From Octopus bimaculoides (Eukaryota), in NCBI RefSeq assembly GCF_001194135.2, contig NC_068996.1, positions 25,984,491 through 26,048,490 on the forward strand: 64,000 nucleotides of DNA. The letters are read 5' to 3'. Below are positions 1 through 12,465 of this stretch, in pieces. Every line of letters starts with the position of its first letter. Within the stretch, counting starts at the first letter, position 1. Made by a program: the position numbers and the translations under genes. The notes beneath the pieces are model-generated. The model made no database searches and had not been told where the DNA came from. It saw only the letters and a list, made by a program, of their open reading frames with translations.

Positions 1-339
1 TGGCACATGAGATGCACCATTTTGAGCGTGGCCGTTGCCAGTACCGCCTGACTGGCTCCTGTAGGATTTTCGAGCGAGATCGTTGCCAGTGCCCCTGGAC
101 TGGCTTGTGCGGGTGGCACATAAAAGACACCATTTCGAGCGTGGCCGTTTTCGTGCGGGTGACACGTAAAAGCACCCACTACACTCTCTGAGTGGTTGGC
201 GTTAGGAAGGGCATCCAGCTGTAGAAACTCTGCCAAATCAGACTGGAGCCTGGTGTTGCCATCCGGTTTCACCAGTCCTCAGTCAAATCGTCCAACCCAT
301 GCTAGCATGGAAAGCGGACGTTAAACGATGATGATGATG
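1..339 (+). mobile_element. 3' part of non-autonomous retroelement/SINE with RTE-type tail (family R)
   Basis: Internal GGCAC(A/G)TAAAAGCACC modules, then GTGGTTGGCGTTAGGAAGGGCATCCAGCTGTAGAAAC...CCCATGCTAGCATGGAAAGCGGACGTTAAACG(ATG)n. The same tail recurs more than 10 times in the window and resembles RTE-clade 3' ends. Confidence 0.8.
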
Positions 340-961
340 TGTATCATATACAGGTATGGCTATATAGATGTGGATTTTGCTCCGTAACTGCTTGATCTCA
401 ACTTCTATCTAACTGTGTGGCATTTAGAGTAAGTTTTCTACTGTAACCAATATAGTGTAAATATAATTGAAACTGTATGTATATGTGTTGTGTATCTGTA
501 TGAGGACATTCTACACCTCTGCAGAAAATCAGCAAGCTAAAAGCAGTAATGTTTGTTGACATTCTTTGCCAACCAAGTCACCCTCTAACTCTGCACTTTT
601 GAAGACAAGTGAAATAAAATATCGCTTACTTGAAAATTACAAAAATATTGAAGGTTTAATGATAGGAGAAGCATCCAGCTATGAAAACAATGCATCAGTG
701 ATATGTATTTATCCAATCCATGCTAGCATGGAAAAGCAGATGTAAAACAAATGACTATATGGTAAAACTTTTGTTAAGTTTTGTGTATGAAATTACACTT
801 CCAAATTGTTAGTCAACTTGAAGATATAAACAGATAAGACACTTACTCAAGGTGTCATGAAGCTGAATTAACCCTAAAACCACACGGATGTAAAGTGAAA
901 TTCTTAACCCCACAACCATGCTTAAAATTTGTGATATCTGTTTTTATATTTTTTACACTCT

Positions 962-1134
962 CTGAGTCACCCACTACACTCTTGGAGTGGTTGGTGTTAG
1001 GAAGGGCATCCAGCTGTAGAAACTCTGCCAAATCAGATTGGAGCCTGGTGTAGCCATCTGGTTTCACCAGTCCTCAGTCAAATCGTCCAACCCATGCTAG
1101 CATGGAAAGCAGACGTTAAACGACGATGATGATG
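962..1134 (+). mobile_element. 5'-truncated family R (RTE-type) tail
   Basis: Near-identical to 175-339 and ends in (GAT)n. Confidence 0.8.
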
Positions 1135-1438
1135 CGGCTGCTTTTTTTTGTCTCAATTACTGTAAAATTATCATCTAATATGTTATTCATTACATCACAT
1201 CTCTATTTGATTACTGAGTGCTCCAGTGCTGGGGCCACTAGAAAATGCACTTAGTACACTGCTAAGCAGTTGGTGACAGGAAGAGTATCCAGTTGTAGAA
1301 ACTAAACCAAATGTCTTTAGGAGCAGTAGTTCCTAATAAAGAATTACTCAGACTGTGATGACCTGTCCAACTTATACAAGCATGGTAAGTTGACAGACAA
1401 CAATGGCGGCGATGACGACAATGACCAGCTTCTATCTA

Positions 1439-2953
1439 CAGCCTTGGATGTTTTGGGGGTTCTGTTGTCTCAGTGTTAATGAAACTCATGCACATGGTAG
1501 ATTATGGTATATTTCACAATATACATTAGTTTTAATATCTGGTTGACCCTCCTTTAGCATCAATTACTACTTTTATACTGTACATATGCAACCAATTATG
1601 AGTAAGACCAACGTCCAAAATTATGTTTCCTTGATTATTTCAGAGTTTTATGCTAAAACATGTTGTAGATACAGTTAATAAACAGTAAAATACCTAAAAC
1701 GAGGGAGTTGAGTGAGTGTGAATGAGGTCAAATTGTAGCTCATCATGAAGATGGAATATCTGAAAGGTAAATTGCTCAGAAAATGAAATGTTCTCGATGT
1801 GCAGTTCAAACGACTCTCAAGTGCTTCAGAGAGATGAAAGATGTGAAGACAATACAAAGAACAGGTAGAATAAAGATTACATCACCTCATGATGACAGAT
1901 CCATCATCTGTCATTTGCTCAAAAACAGGGGAAAAACATCATTGGGGCTCTGTGTGGACTTCAATGAGGCAAGTACTTCACAAATATCAACCAGTACTGT
2001 TAGAAAAAGGCTTGTCGAGTACGGTCTGAAAGGCTGTAAAACCAGGAAGAAGCTATGGGTTTCTGAAGCGAATATGGAAAAACATCGTTAGTGGGCCAAA
2101 AACCACTCAAATTGGACCAGTGAGCAATGATCGACAGTTGTATGGTCTGATGAAAGTAACTATGAAGCAAGATAGTACATGTATTCAATCAACATATAAA
2201 CTTAATGTAACTGGCTTGTTGCCCAAAATATATAAAAATCAGTATCCAACATAAAGCTAATAATTTTCATGTTTATACTCAGGTTTTCAGTACATCTGGT
2301 GCAACTTTCATGCATTGCAGAGTTGGGGAAGCATTTAAGGCTGAATGTCTGGTATCAACTGTAAAACATGAGGGTGGTTCTATCATGGTGTGGGCCTGCA
2401 TGTCTACCACAGGACCCGGAGGAATATTTTTATGTCAGAGAAGGATGATTTCAGATACCTATGTTTCCATGTTATTGGATGTTTTAGAGGCATCAATTGC
2501 TAAATTGCATCCAGGAGTGTGGAAAACAGTGTTATCTTACAAAAGGACAATGCTCCATGTCACACAGCAAAGAATACTCATCAATGGGTTGAGACACAGG
2601 GTATTGCTCCCATGGACTGTCCAGCTCAAAGTCCTGATCTAAATCTGACCGAACACCTATGGGGAACTCTTGGTGAAGCTATCAGGAACACAACAATTAA
2701 AAATAAAGCGCATTTGTACCAAAAGTTGAGAGAAGAATGGAGTAAAATTGCACCTAGCACCGGCAAGAAACTAATTGATTCAATGCCTAACCGTATAAAA
2801 GCAGTAATTGATGCTAAAGAAGGGCCAACCAGATATTAAAACTAATGTATACTGTGAAATATACCATAATCTACCATGTGCATGAGTTTCATTAACATTG
2901 AGAGAGCAGAACTCCGAAACATTGGGGTGGCCTAATACTTTTGGCCAAGGCTG
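1439..2953 (+). mobile_element. Tc1-family DNA transposon (DD34E), full length, decayed
   Basis: TA|CAGCCTTGG...CCAAGGCTG|TA ends with TA target duplication at 1437-1438 and 2954-2955. TIRs at about 1439-1581 and 2790-2953, the left one with a ~22-bp deletion. Internal transposase remnants. Confidence 0.95.
1690..2839 (+). pseudogene. Tc1 transposase pseudogene, two exons (1690-2166, 2283-2839)
   Basis: Reconstructs (M)PKTRELSECE*GQIVAHHEDGISER*IAQKMKCSRCAVQ...STVRKRL...WSDESNYE/VFSTSGATF...TVKHEGGSIMVWAC...LQKDNAPCH...SPDLNLTEHLW...AVIDAKEGPTRY*. There are 34 residues between the second D and E. Start codon reads ATA, with in-frame stops and one frameshift near 2520. Confidence 0.93.
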
Positions 2954-3294
2954 TATTTTACAAATGCATTTAGAAAACCTTCATACAGAACAGCATATTT
3001 ACTGTAATGACACCTGAANNNNNNNNNNTCTTTTCATCCCACTTACACTGCAGGAAAATATTTAAAACAAAAAAAAAAATTTAGGTCACTTTCAAACTGA
3101 ATAAATGTTTTTGAAATATTTAGGCACATGTCATTAATAAAACATTACCTTATCACTGTGTAGAGTAGTTTACCTATTTTTTGTTTCTTATCTGATGTAG
3201 ATTTAGATCAAAAAGAGAAATAGAGAAAGGTGGGGGGAGAGAGAATTTTAAAAATTTCCTTTGCTTTGTGCAAAGGAAAATGTTTTCAGGTGTC

Positions 3295-3515
3295 TATTCT
3301 TTTATTTGTTTCAGTCATTTGACTGCAGCCATGCTGGAGCACTGCCTCAAAGGGTTTTAGTCAAACAAATTGAACCCAAGACTTATTTTTAAACCTAGTA
3401 CTTATCCTATCAGTCTCTTTTGCCAAACCACTAAGTTATTGGGACAAAAACACACCAATACCAGTTGTCAAGCAGTGATGGGGGAACAAACACAAAGACA
3501 CACACACATACACAT

Positions 3516-3554
<39 letters not shown>

Positions 3555-3749
3555 TATATATATATATATATACACACACACATACATATACACACACAAC
3601 AAGCTTCTTTTAGTTTCCATCTACCAAATCCACTAGCAAGACTTTGGTTGGCCTGGGGCTGTAGTAGAAGACACTTGCCCAAGGTATCACGCAGTGGGAT
3701 TGAACCTAGAACCATATAGTTGGGAAGCAAGCTTCTTACCACACTGCCA
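3295..3749 (-). mobile_element. tRNA-derived SINE, family A (CORE-like CCTTGGGCAAGT block; resembles octopus OR-type SINEs)
   Basis: Reverse strand has GTGTGGTAAGAAGCTTGCTTCCCAAC head, CCTTGGGCAAGTGTC block, internal (TG)n/(TA)n and CCAGCATGGC..CAGTCAAATGACTGAAACAA tail. Many copies in the window. Confidence 0.85.
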
Positions 3750-3918
3750 CAAATATTAAGTTTATATATTTTTTTTACCAAAAACAACACGGAGAAGGTT
3801 CACAGAAGCTGAAACACTGACAAACACCTACACTTGGGAACAACTGCAATCCATTGCCAAAAGATTGAAGCAAACAGAAATCTCTTGTTTGCAGACTATG
3901 CTCCACAACTTGGAGGAG

Positions 3919-4307
3919 GGGAGGAGGAGGAGGAGGAGAAGAAGAAGAAGAAGAAGAAGAAGAAGAAGAAGAAGAAGAAGAAGAAGAAGAAGAAGAAGAA
4001 GAAGAGGAGGANNNNNNNNNNNNNNNNNNNNNNNNNNNNNNNNNNNNNNNNNNNNNNNNNNNNNNNNNNNNNNNNNNNNNNNNNNNNNNNNNNNNNNNNN
4101 NNNNNNNNNNNNNNNNNNNNNNNNNNNNNNNNNNNNNNNNNNNNNNNNNNNNNNNNNNNNNNNNNNNNNNNNNNNNNNNNNNNNNNNNNNNNNNNNNNNN
4201 NNNNNNNNNNNNNNNNNNNNNNNNNNNNNNNNNNNNNNNNNNNNNNNNNNNNNNNNNNNNNNNNNNNNNNNNNNNNNGAGGAGGAGGAGGAGGAGGAGGA
4301 GGAGGAC
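3919..4307 (+). repeat. (GAG)n/(GAA)n microsatellite spanning an assembly gap
   Basis: Visible trinucleotide runs either side of Ns. Confidence 0.95.
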
Positions 4308-5149
4308 TCTTGACAAATATATTATTTCATCATCCCTCAAAGCTCTGTTCAGCAGGATCTGAGCTCAGAAATATGACATTTTATCTGGCTCTCAGATGAA
4401 CCTACTAATCCATTGCCTTGTATTTCTTTAATTAACATTAATCCCAGTAAGGCTCACGGTCTTTCATTTCTCTTTTGTATATCAGAGATATACTTTGGTT
4501 GGTTATAGTAAGTTGCATGGTGCAGTGCTATGTGAGTGGCAATGTGTGGTGGTATGTGAATGGTACAGTGATTGTATTGATTACATGAGCTTGATAAGTG
4601 CTGATTATATTAACTATACCCTCTTCTGAAAATAAAACTTAATTGGCCTTTTATCAAGACAAGATACCAATATTTATCAAACAAAACAAATTATTATTAT
4701 TATAATTTTATCATTATCATTGCTATTATTATTATTATTTTATTGTTATTATTAATATTGTTGTTGTTGCTGTTGGTGGTGGTGGTGGTGGTGGTATTAT
4801 TAATATTGTTGTTGGTGATGTTATTTAGTGGAGAGAGTAAATGATAGGAATGTATTGCAGTGGTAATAGGTAAATAAAGGGTGAGTGTTGTCAATGGCAA
4901 ATGAAGGATTGATGTTAATAGGAAGTGGCTCAGAGGAAAAGGAGTGATGACAGGCAGTAGAGAAAAGGTGAGTGTATGAAATGTGACAATGGGTCTTGCT
5001 TTCATTTATTACAGCAGTACCATAATACAATAGATAGAAGAGGGATAAAGAGTTGAGTGTCAGCGAGAGAAGAAGAGGGCAGCAGATGTACACTTAACAA
5101 GTACATATCGGGCAAGGGTCTCAGATGTGTGCATACACATCATACTTCC

Positions 5150-5335
5150 AGCCTCCATCCCTACTATCATTTTAACACCGGTCTTGCTGTGTTTGCATAG
5201 ATGGATGGGACGTCATGAGCACTGTGTGTCTCTAATCAAATCAGGGTGTTGAATTTCATGAAGAGGACAAAAGGCCGAGATTAGTCTTCACCACCTCATC
5301 TCACATCTTCCTCGCTCTCTTTCCTCCACATGCTC
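5150..5335 (-). mobile_element. Probable RTE LINE 3' fragment
   Basis: Reverse strand GGAAAGAGAGCGAGGAAGATGTGAGATGAGGTGGTGAAGACTAATCTC resembles the RGR..W.EVVK.DL end of RTE ORFs; heavily decayed. Confidence 0.35.
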
Positions 5336-5496
5336 AACTCACTGTAAGCAATTGCCACTTCTTTCTGTTGTGTCTTTACGTATACACACATACACATGAC
5401 ATACCTACTTTCATAATAACAAACTTATTGTATATAGTACTTAGGTGCACTGGGTACACACACACACACACGCATATATAAAGAGAGAGATAGAGA

Positions 5497-5791
5497 TATG
5501 CATGGCCATATGGTAAGTAGTTTGCTTCCCAACTACATAGCTCAGGTTCAGTCCCACTGTGTGGCAGCTTGGGCAAGTGTGTTGCTTGACCGAAGCCTTG
5601 TGAGTGGATTATTGCTTGACAACCGGTGTTGGTGTGCTTATATTCCTGTAACGTAGTGGTTCAGCAAAAGAGATCAACAGAATAAGAACTAGGCTTACAA
5701 AGAATAAGTCCTAGGTTTGATTAGTTCGACTAAAGGCAGTGCTTGAGCATGGCCACAATCAAATGACTGAAACAAGTAAAAGAATAAAAGA

Positions 5792-5795
<4 letters not shown>
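5497..5795 (+). mobile_element. SINE family A (internally deleted)
   Basis: GGTTCAGTCCCACTG B-box, CTTGGGCAAGTG block and GACTGAAACAAGTAAAAGAATA tail. Confidence 0.85.
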
Positions 5796-5827
<32 letters not shown>

Positions 5828-6264
5828 ATGTGTGTGTGTGTGTGTGTGGAGGTGGGGAATGTGTTTATATTTGTGTTTCCTTATCTTGACATCATGTGAC
5901 AGTTGTAAATAATGGTCACTGTCAAACAAGCAGTGTTATTCATTACCAATATTCTGTGTAAATATGTCTGGCCATAGGAAAATAGTATCTTGCTTTGGAA
6001 GCAGGTGGAGTAGGTAATAGCAAGGGTACATGGCCACAGAAAATCTGCCTCAAAAAAAAAAAACTCTCTCTGACCCAAGCAAGCACAGAAAAGTGATCAT
6101 TGAATGGTGATATGTGTTGGTGTGTTTATGTATCGGTAACTTAATTTTTTTTTTTCTGTGCCTGGAACTTATTCTATCTGTGTCTTTTGCCAAATTGTTT
6201 AGATAATTACTGGGAGTCAATTTGATCAAGTAAAATTCTTCAAGATGGTGCCTCAGCATGACCT

Positions 6265-7223
6265 CAGTCTATTGTATGTATATATGTTTATATGTATGCA
6301 TGTATGTATGTATGTATGTATGAGTATGTATATATGTATGTATGTATGTATGTTTGTATGTATGTATGTGGGTATGTATGTATGTATTATGTATGTATGT
6401 ATGCATGCAAGCATGTATGTATGTATGTATGTATGCATGAGTATGTATGTATGTATGTATGTATGTATGTATGTATGTATGTTTGTATGTATGTATGTAT
6501 GTGTGTATGTGGGTATGTATGTATATCTTTTACTTGTTTCAAACATACACACACACACGTATATACATACATGTATATACACACACACATACAGATACAC
6601 ATACATAGATACATACATAAACACATACACACACATCCCCTTTATGATTTATCATATAGATTTCAGTCATTGTAAATTTATTACATTGTAAACAGACAAA
6701 TATAAATACATACGCGCAAATACACATATTAACACGCATGCATATTCACATATATATACACACCTGTGTGTGTGTATGTTTGTGTGTTTGCCTGTGAAAT
6801 TTGAACACAGTTTATCTTTTGCTTAGGACAGTTCAGTTAGAAAATACACATAGACATACTTTTATTATAAATCATTGACCAAATTGTATGTATGTATGTA
6901 TGTATGTATGCATGCATGCATGTATGTATGTATGCATGTATGTATGGATGGATGGAAGGATGTTTGTATGTATGTATGTCAATCAGTTTCATTTTTGTAT
7001 TTCTTGTTCATAGAGAAAGAGCCGGACACTAACATAGATTCAAGGCTCCTTCATTGGAACTTTTATCAACATCATCTAGGTATTTGTGCATGTGTGTGTG
7101 CAGTATTTGGTGTTAGTGTATGTGCAGATTTGTATGTATGTATGTATGTATGTATGTATGTATGTATGTATGTATGTATGCACGTATGTATGCATGCATG
7201 TATGTATGTATGTATGTATGTAC

Positions 7224-7254
<31 letters not shown>

Positions 7255-7535
7255 TGTATGTGTATGTATGTATGTATGTATGCATGTAAGGATGTATGTA
7301 TGCATGTATGTGTGTGCATGTATGTGTGTACATGTATGTGTGTGCATGTATGCATGTGCATGTATGTGTGTGCATGTGTGTATGTATGTACGTGTATGTC
7401 TATGTAAATGCATGCCTACATGTATTCGTGTGTATGTATAGGTGTGTATGTGTGTGTATGTACATGTGTGTATATGCATTTTTGTGCATGTATATGTGTA
7501 CATATAATTGCATGTGCATATGTGTGTGTGTGTAT
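6265..7535. repeat. Compound (TATG)n/(TG)n/(CA)n microsatellite field
   Basis: Direct inspection; source of the MYVC/HTYI-repeat pseudo-ORFs. Confidence 0.95.
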
Positions 7536-8879
7536 GCAAAGTTTGTCCATCTACTTATTTATGATCTGTTTAGATTTTTTTTTTGGCTTCTTTATCAACA
7601 AAACCCAGATCTTCTTCGGTTATGCTTACATTTTTCATGAACACACACCCAAACATGCAAATGAACTCAGAAATGCATAGCCCCCACCCCATGCACATGC
7701 ATGCACAAACAACCATTTGCCACTAACACAAACCACATGTATGTGCATACAGACAAATACACGCTCAACAATAAACTACTAACACACACACACACACACA
7801 CACACACATTCTCTCTAATTAATATAAAAGCACACACATACACTTAATACACATCTACTAATACACAACATGCTCATTAATACTCAGCTACACACACAGA
7901 TATACCTATACATGCACACACACATATTTAGAAACAGATATCATCACACACATTCCATTTTCAGCAAATGCAGGAGCCTCTACATGGTCGCTTGACATAC
8001 TAAAAATAGCAATCAGATCATCATCATCATATACACACATGATAAACCGCACATACACACACCCCACTATCTTAGAAAGGGATGCATCAGATAACGTGGT
8101 CCTCGTTGACTAGCACATAGGTCAGCACCATTTGAGCAGCCCCATGCTCAGAGCCATCCCAGATATGGCCGTTCTGTCCATTTCCTAAGAATAAACGACA
8201 ATATCAACAATACACATATACACATAGAAGCATACACTTATACTCTTACCAACCAACACAAATATACATTATCCCCAACAGACACACACACATTATCACT
8301 AACACACACATTATCACTAACACACACACACACACATACACAAATTATCACCAACACACACATTATCATCAACACACGCACACACATCAACACATGCACA
8401 ACAACACACACATGCAACATGCATACATGTTCGTTTACTGATACAGTTACCACCACATATGTACACATAGAACATTATGCATTAGTGTATGTTGTTGAGT
8501 GCATGTGTATGTGTTGATGTGTAAGTATAACCGTATNNNNNNNNNNNNNNNNNNNNNNNNNNNNNNNNNNNNNNNNNNNNNNNNNNNNNNNNNNNNNNNN
8601 NNNNNNAGTGTATGTTGTTGAGTGCATGTGTATGTGTTGATGTGTAAGTATAACCGTATCAGTCACAATTATATACATATATCTGTGTGTGTATGTATGT
8701 GTGTGCTGTAAAGAGCACCAACAGGCTTCCACATGCAGAGTAGATTGACAAAAGGAACTAAAAATCTTGTTCTTATATAACCTAAGTTACCATTAGTTCA
8801 ATGAAGAAGATATATTTAATGATCAGAGAAGAGATTAGAATGTTTGACTGTGGCAGTGTTCTGTTTCTCTCACATTACA

Positions 8880-9390
8880 AATAATCGACAGAGAGACAGG
8901 GAGAAACTGGCATAAATCAAAGAGAGAATGAAGAGATGAGAGAGAGAGAGAGAGAGAGACAAAAGGGAAATGAAAAGGAGAAGAGGGTGGGGAGGAAATT
9001 GGTGAAAGTGAAATGAAAGAGAAGGCAACTGATCAAAGGGAAATGGTAGAGAAAGGGAGGAAGAGAAAGAGAGTGAAATAGGTTGAAACTGGTTGAAGAC
9101 AGAGGAGAATGTTAATGAGAGAGGAGGAAAGAAGGAAAAAAGTAGAAAGCGAAGTAAGGGAGTTGAAGAGAAGGGAAAGGACAGAGAGAGAGAGAGAGAG
9201 AGTGAGAGAATACAAAGGATAAAGAGAAGGAGAGAGAGAGATAGATGATAGACAGAAATAATAAGAGAAAAAGAACAAGAGAAAGAACTAGAGATAATGG
9301 GGGTAGGATAGAGAGAGAGAAAGAGAGAATGCGAGGGAAAGAGAGAGAGAGAAATAGAGATGATGGGGTTAGGACAGAGAGAGTGAGTGA
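8880..9390. repeat. GA-rich low-complexity / (GA)n tract
   Basis: Purine-rich + strand with (GA)n runs. Confidence 0.9.
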
Positions 9391-9593
9391 CAGAAGAGAA
9401 TACACTCAATATACTAGTTGCCCTATTAAGTCTATATGGTTCCATTCTAAGTGTGAAACTATAATCTGTCGGCCTTCAAATTAAAAATAAACACCACTAT
9501 ACTTCATCTGGTCAACACAGACCGCACAGAGTGTGTTAGTGATCAAATATGATACAGTACATTGCACTACACAACAGAAAAAAGAGCCACTAC

Positions 9594-10257
9594 CAGTGGT
9601 TCTCAACCAGGGTCCATATGGCCTTTGTGGGTCCATATATGATTTTGTCGTTAAGATTTATGTACAATAAATTGGTTATTTTTCTTCTACAATACACAAA
9701 ATATTTTAACACTTCATTTCATACAATTCCTAAAATTTAATTCTAAAAATAAAATAGGATTTTTTAAACATTGAATGGCTATGAGGGTTCACCCAGTAAA
9801 ATAAGAATTAAAGGGGTCCATACAGCATTGGATTAACCATTAAGCAAAATATGCACGTGCTTAGACCATCAAAGGAAGGGGGAGCACCACAAAAATGGTA
9901 AATGGTCTATAGCACAAAAGAAATCACTTTAAACATGCTAAAATAGCATTCAAAGTCGTTTATATGAATGGAAATATAATTTCGAAGCGTACATGGTGTC
10001 ATAGTGAGGATTTGATCAAAGGTTTTTCAATTAAAAAAAAGTAGGAGAAAACTTTTCAAATATAAATAAAATGGAAGTATAAAATTATAAACATTATTTT
10101 CCATTTTACTGTTAGTAAAATTTATTTTATGGTATATTACTGTTTATATTTTGAATTACATCTCTATGGAGGCATTAAAATCTTTTAAGTGCTTAGGGCC
10201 TCAGTGGGTCTTAATCCGGCCATGGGTCCATAGGTTGAAAATGGTTGAGAACCACTG
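9594..10257. mobile_element. hAT-like MITE
   Basis: Perfect 15-bp TIRs CAGTGGTTCTCAACC (9594-9608) and GGTTGAGAACCACTG (10243-10257). No TSD recognised. Confidence 0.8.
9823..10224. mobile_element. Second hAT-like MITE nested in the first
   Basis: Imperfect TIRs CAGCATTGGATTAA and TTAATCCGGCCATG, flanked by an 8-bp TSD GGTCCATA (9815-9822, 10225-10232). Confidence 0.8.
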
Positions 10258-10427
10258 ATCTATATGGTTGACTGACCAGTTAGAAATAGCAGCCAAACAT
10301 CCTGCAAATTACATGTTGCTGTATTTAGCAAGAAGAGAACTTATCATCATCTTTTCATGTCTTCTGTTTTTCCATGCTTGCATGAGTTAGAACAAGTCCT
10401 CTCTAGAGCACAGTGTCTTGCTTTTAT

Positions 10428-10768
10428 TCTTTTATTCTTTTACTTGTTTCAGTCATTTGACTGCTGCCATACTGGAGCACTACCTTTAATTGAACAAATC
10501 GACCCCAGGACTTATTCTTTGTAAGCTTAGTACTTATTCGATCGGTTTCTTTTTCCAAACCGCAAAGTTATGGGGGCGTAAACACACCAACATTAAAAAA
10601 TATATGTGATGGGCCTCTTTCAGTTACTGTCTACCATATCCCCTCACAAAGCTTTGGTCAGCCCGTGGCTATAGTAGAAGACACTTGCCCAAGGTGCCAT
10701 GCAGTGGGACTGAACCTGGAACCATAGGTTGGGAAGTAAGCTTGTTACCACACAGCCGCTCCTGCACC
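10428..10768 (-). mobile_element. SINE family A
   Basis: Same head, block and tail as 3295-3749, reverse strand. Confidence 0.85.
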
Positions 10769-10789
10769 TATATTGTATTTCTTTATTTC

Positions 10790-11160
10790 CTTCAGAACAT
10801 TCAGCATCCCATGATCAACTTCACCACTTCTGTACGTCTTCCTCTTCCACTGGTCCATTTCTCCTTGGTCTCATCATCTGTATGCATTACAAGTATTGCA
10901 TATTGATACCAATGTAGTTGTCTCTTACATACAATACTTGGTTCCTCTTATATTCAGTTTTCAGCTCATCCAGCCAAGTATGTTCACTTAATTTCTTTCC
11001 AGACATCATATATCCTCTGCATTCAGTATCCATGTTTCACAACCATAAATAGTATTGCAGTTCATAGTCTCCTTTCACTCAGAAAGCAAATACTTCGGAT
11101 GTCAGCAGAAATAATAACTCCTTGAACTTTTCCCACCCTATTCTTATCCTGGCTGATTGG
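10790..11160 (-). mobile_element. RTE LINE fragment (post-RT region)
   Basis: Reverse strand encodes SARIRIGWEKFKELL, the same motif as at 40.8 kb and 62.3 kb. Confidence 0.6.
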
Positions 11161-11526
11161 TTTTCGGTACATATTTAAACATCCCAGATATCCATAAAAA
11201 AAACGGAACGATCACGTTTGGGTTATTTATGAGCATAGATCTACTTGATTATGGTTTCTTCTTACTTTTGAAGCACTGGGTTGGAAAATGCTGGTGACTT
11301 CTTTCGTAAGCATTATGATCAGCTTCTCATGGAACTTCTATCAGAGAATACCTTCCTTTAAGCATTTCTGTGTTCTTTTACAAGACACCATCTTGTCATC
11401 TTTTAGATATAGACAAATTTACCACACCTTTTAGGGGTCTCAAAATCAAAACAAATTCTGTAAAATCATTTTGTCTACTGCATTAGCAATTCAACAATTC
11501 TATCAGTTTTTCCACTTTGAACTCGT

Positions 11527-11808
11527 TTACTCTTTTACTCTTTTACTTGTTTCAGTCATTTGACTGTGGCCATGCTGGAGCACCGCCTTTAGTCGAGCAA
11601 ATCGACCTCAGGACTTATTCTTTGGAAACCTAGTACTTATTCTATCGGTCTCTTTTGCTGAAACGCTAAGTTACGGGGACATAAACACACCAGCATCGGT
11701 TGTCAAGCGATGTTGGGGGGACAAACACAGACATACAAACACATACACACATACATATATATATACATATATATACGATGGGCTTCTTTCAGTTTCCATC
11801 TACCAAAT
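11527..11808 (-). mobile_element. SINE family A, 3' part (young copy)
   Basis: (TACTCTTT)n tail and CpG-retaining body running into a gap. Confidence 0.9.
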
Positions 11809-12230
11809 NNNNNNNNNNNNNNNNNNNNNNNNNNNNNNNNNNNNNNNNNNNNNNNNNNNNNNNNNNNNNNNNNNNNNNNNNNNNNNNNNNNNNNNNNNNN
11901 NNNNNNNNNNNNNNNNNNNNNNNNNNNNNNNNNNNNNNNNNNNNNNNNNNNNNNNNNNNNNNNNNNNNNNNNNNNNNNNNNNNNNNNNNNNNNNNNNNNN
12001 NNNNNNNNNNNNNNNNNNNNNNNNNNNNNNNNNNNNNNNNNNNNNNNNNNNNNNNNNNNNNNNNNNNNNNNNNNNNNNNNNNNNNNNNNNNNNNNNNNNN
12101 NNNNNNNNNNNNNNNNNNNNNNNNNNNNNNNNNNNNNNNNNNNNNNNNNNNNNNNNNNNNNNNNNNNNNNNNNNNNNNNNNNNNNNNNNNNNNNNNNNNN
12201 NNNNNNNNNNNNNNNNNNNNNNNNNNNNNN

Positions 12231-12465
12231 TATATGTATGTGTGTTTGTGTGTCTGTGTTTGTCCCCCTAGCATTGCTTGACAACCGATGCTGGTGTGTT
12301 TATGTCCCCGTCACTTAGCGGTTCGGCATAAGAGACCGATAGAATAAGTACTAGGCTTACAAAGAATAAGTCCCGGGGTCGATATGCTCGACTAAAGGCA
12401 GTGCTCCAGCATGGCCGCAGTCAAATGACTGAAACAAATAAAAGAGTAAAAGAGTAAAAGAGTAA
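12231..12465 (+). mobile_element. SINE family A, 3' part (young copy)
   Basis: Reverse complement of most of 11527-11770; ends in (AAAGAGTA)n. Confidence 0.9.

Noticed and set aside
6245-7680. Many long ORFs with MYVC/HTYI repeats
   Set aside because: Translations of TATG/CA microsatellites with no coding signal. The same applies to ORFs at 3.4, 16.4, 18.3, 37.8 and 57.5-59.5 kb and all X-filled ORFs spanning gaps.
8486-8657. Exact ~52-bp duplication
   Set aside because: The identical copies abut either side of an N gap, typical of unmerged contig overlaps. The same pattern occurs at 59150-59230 and 62790-62900.
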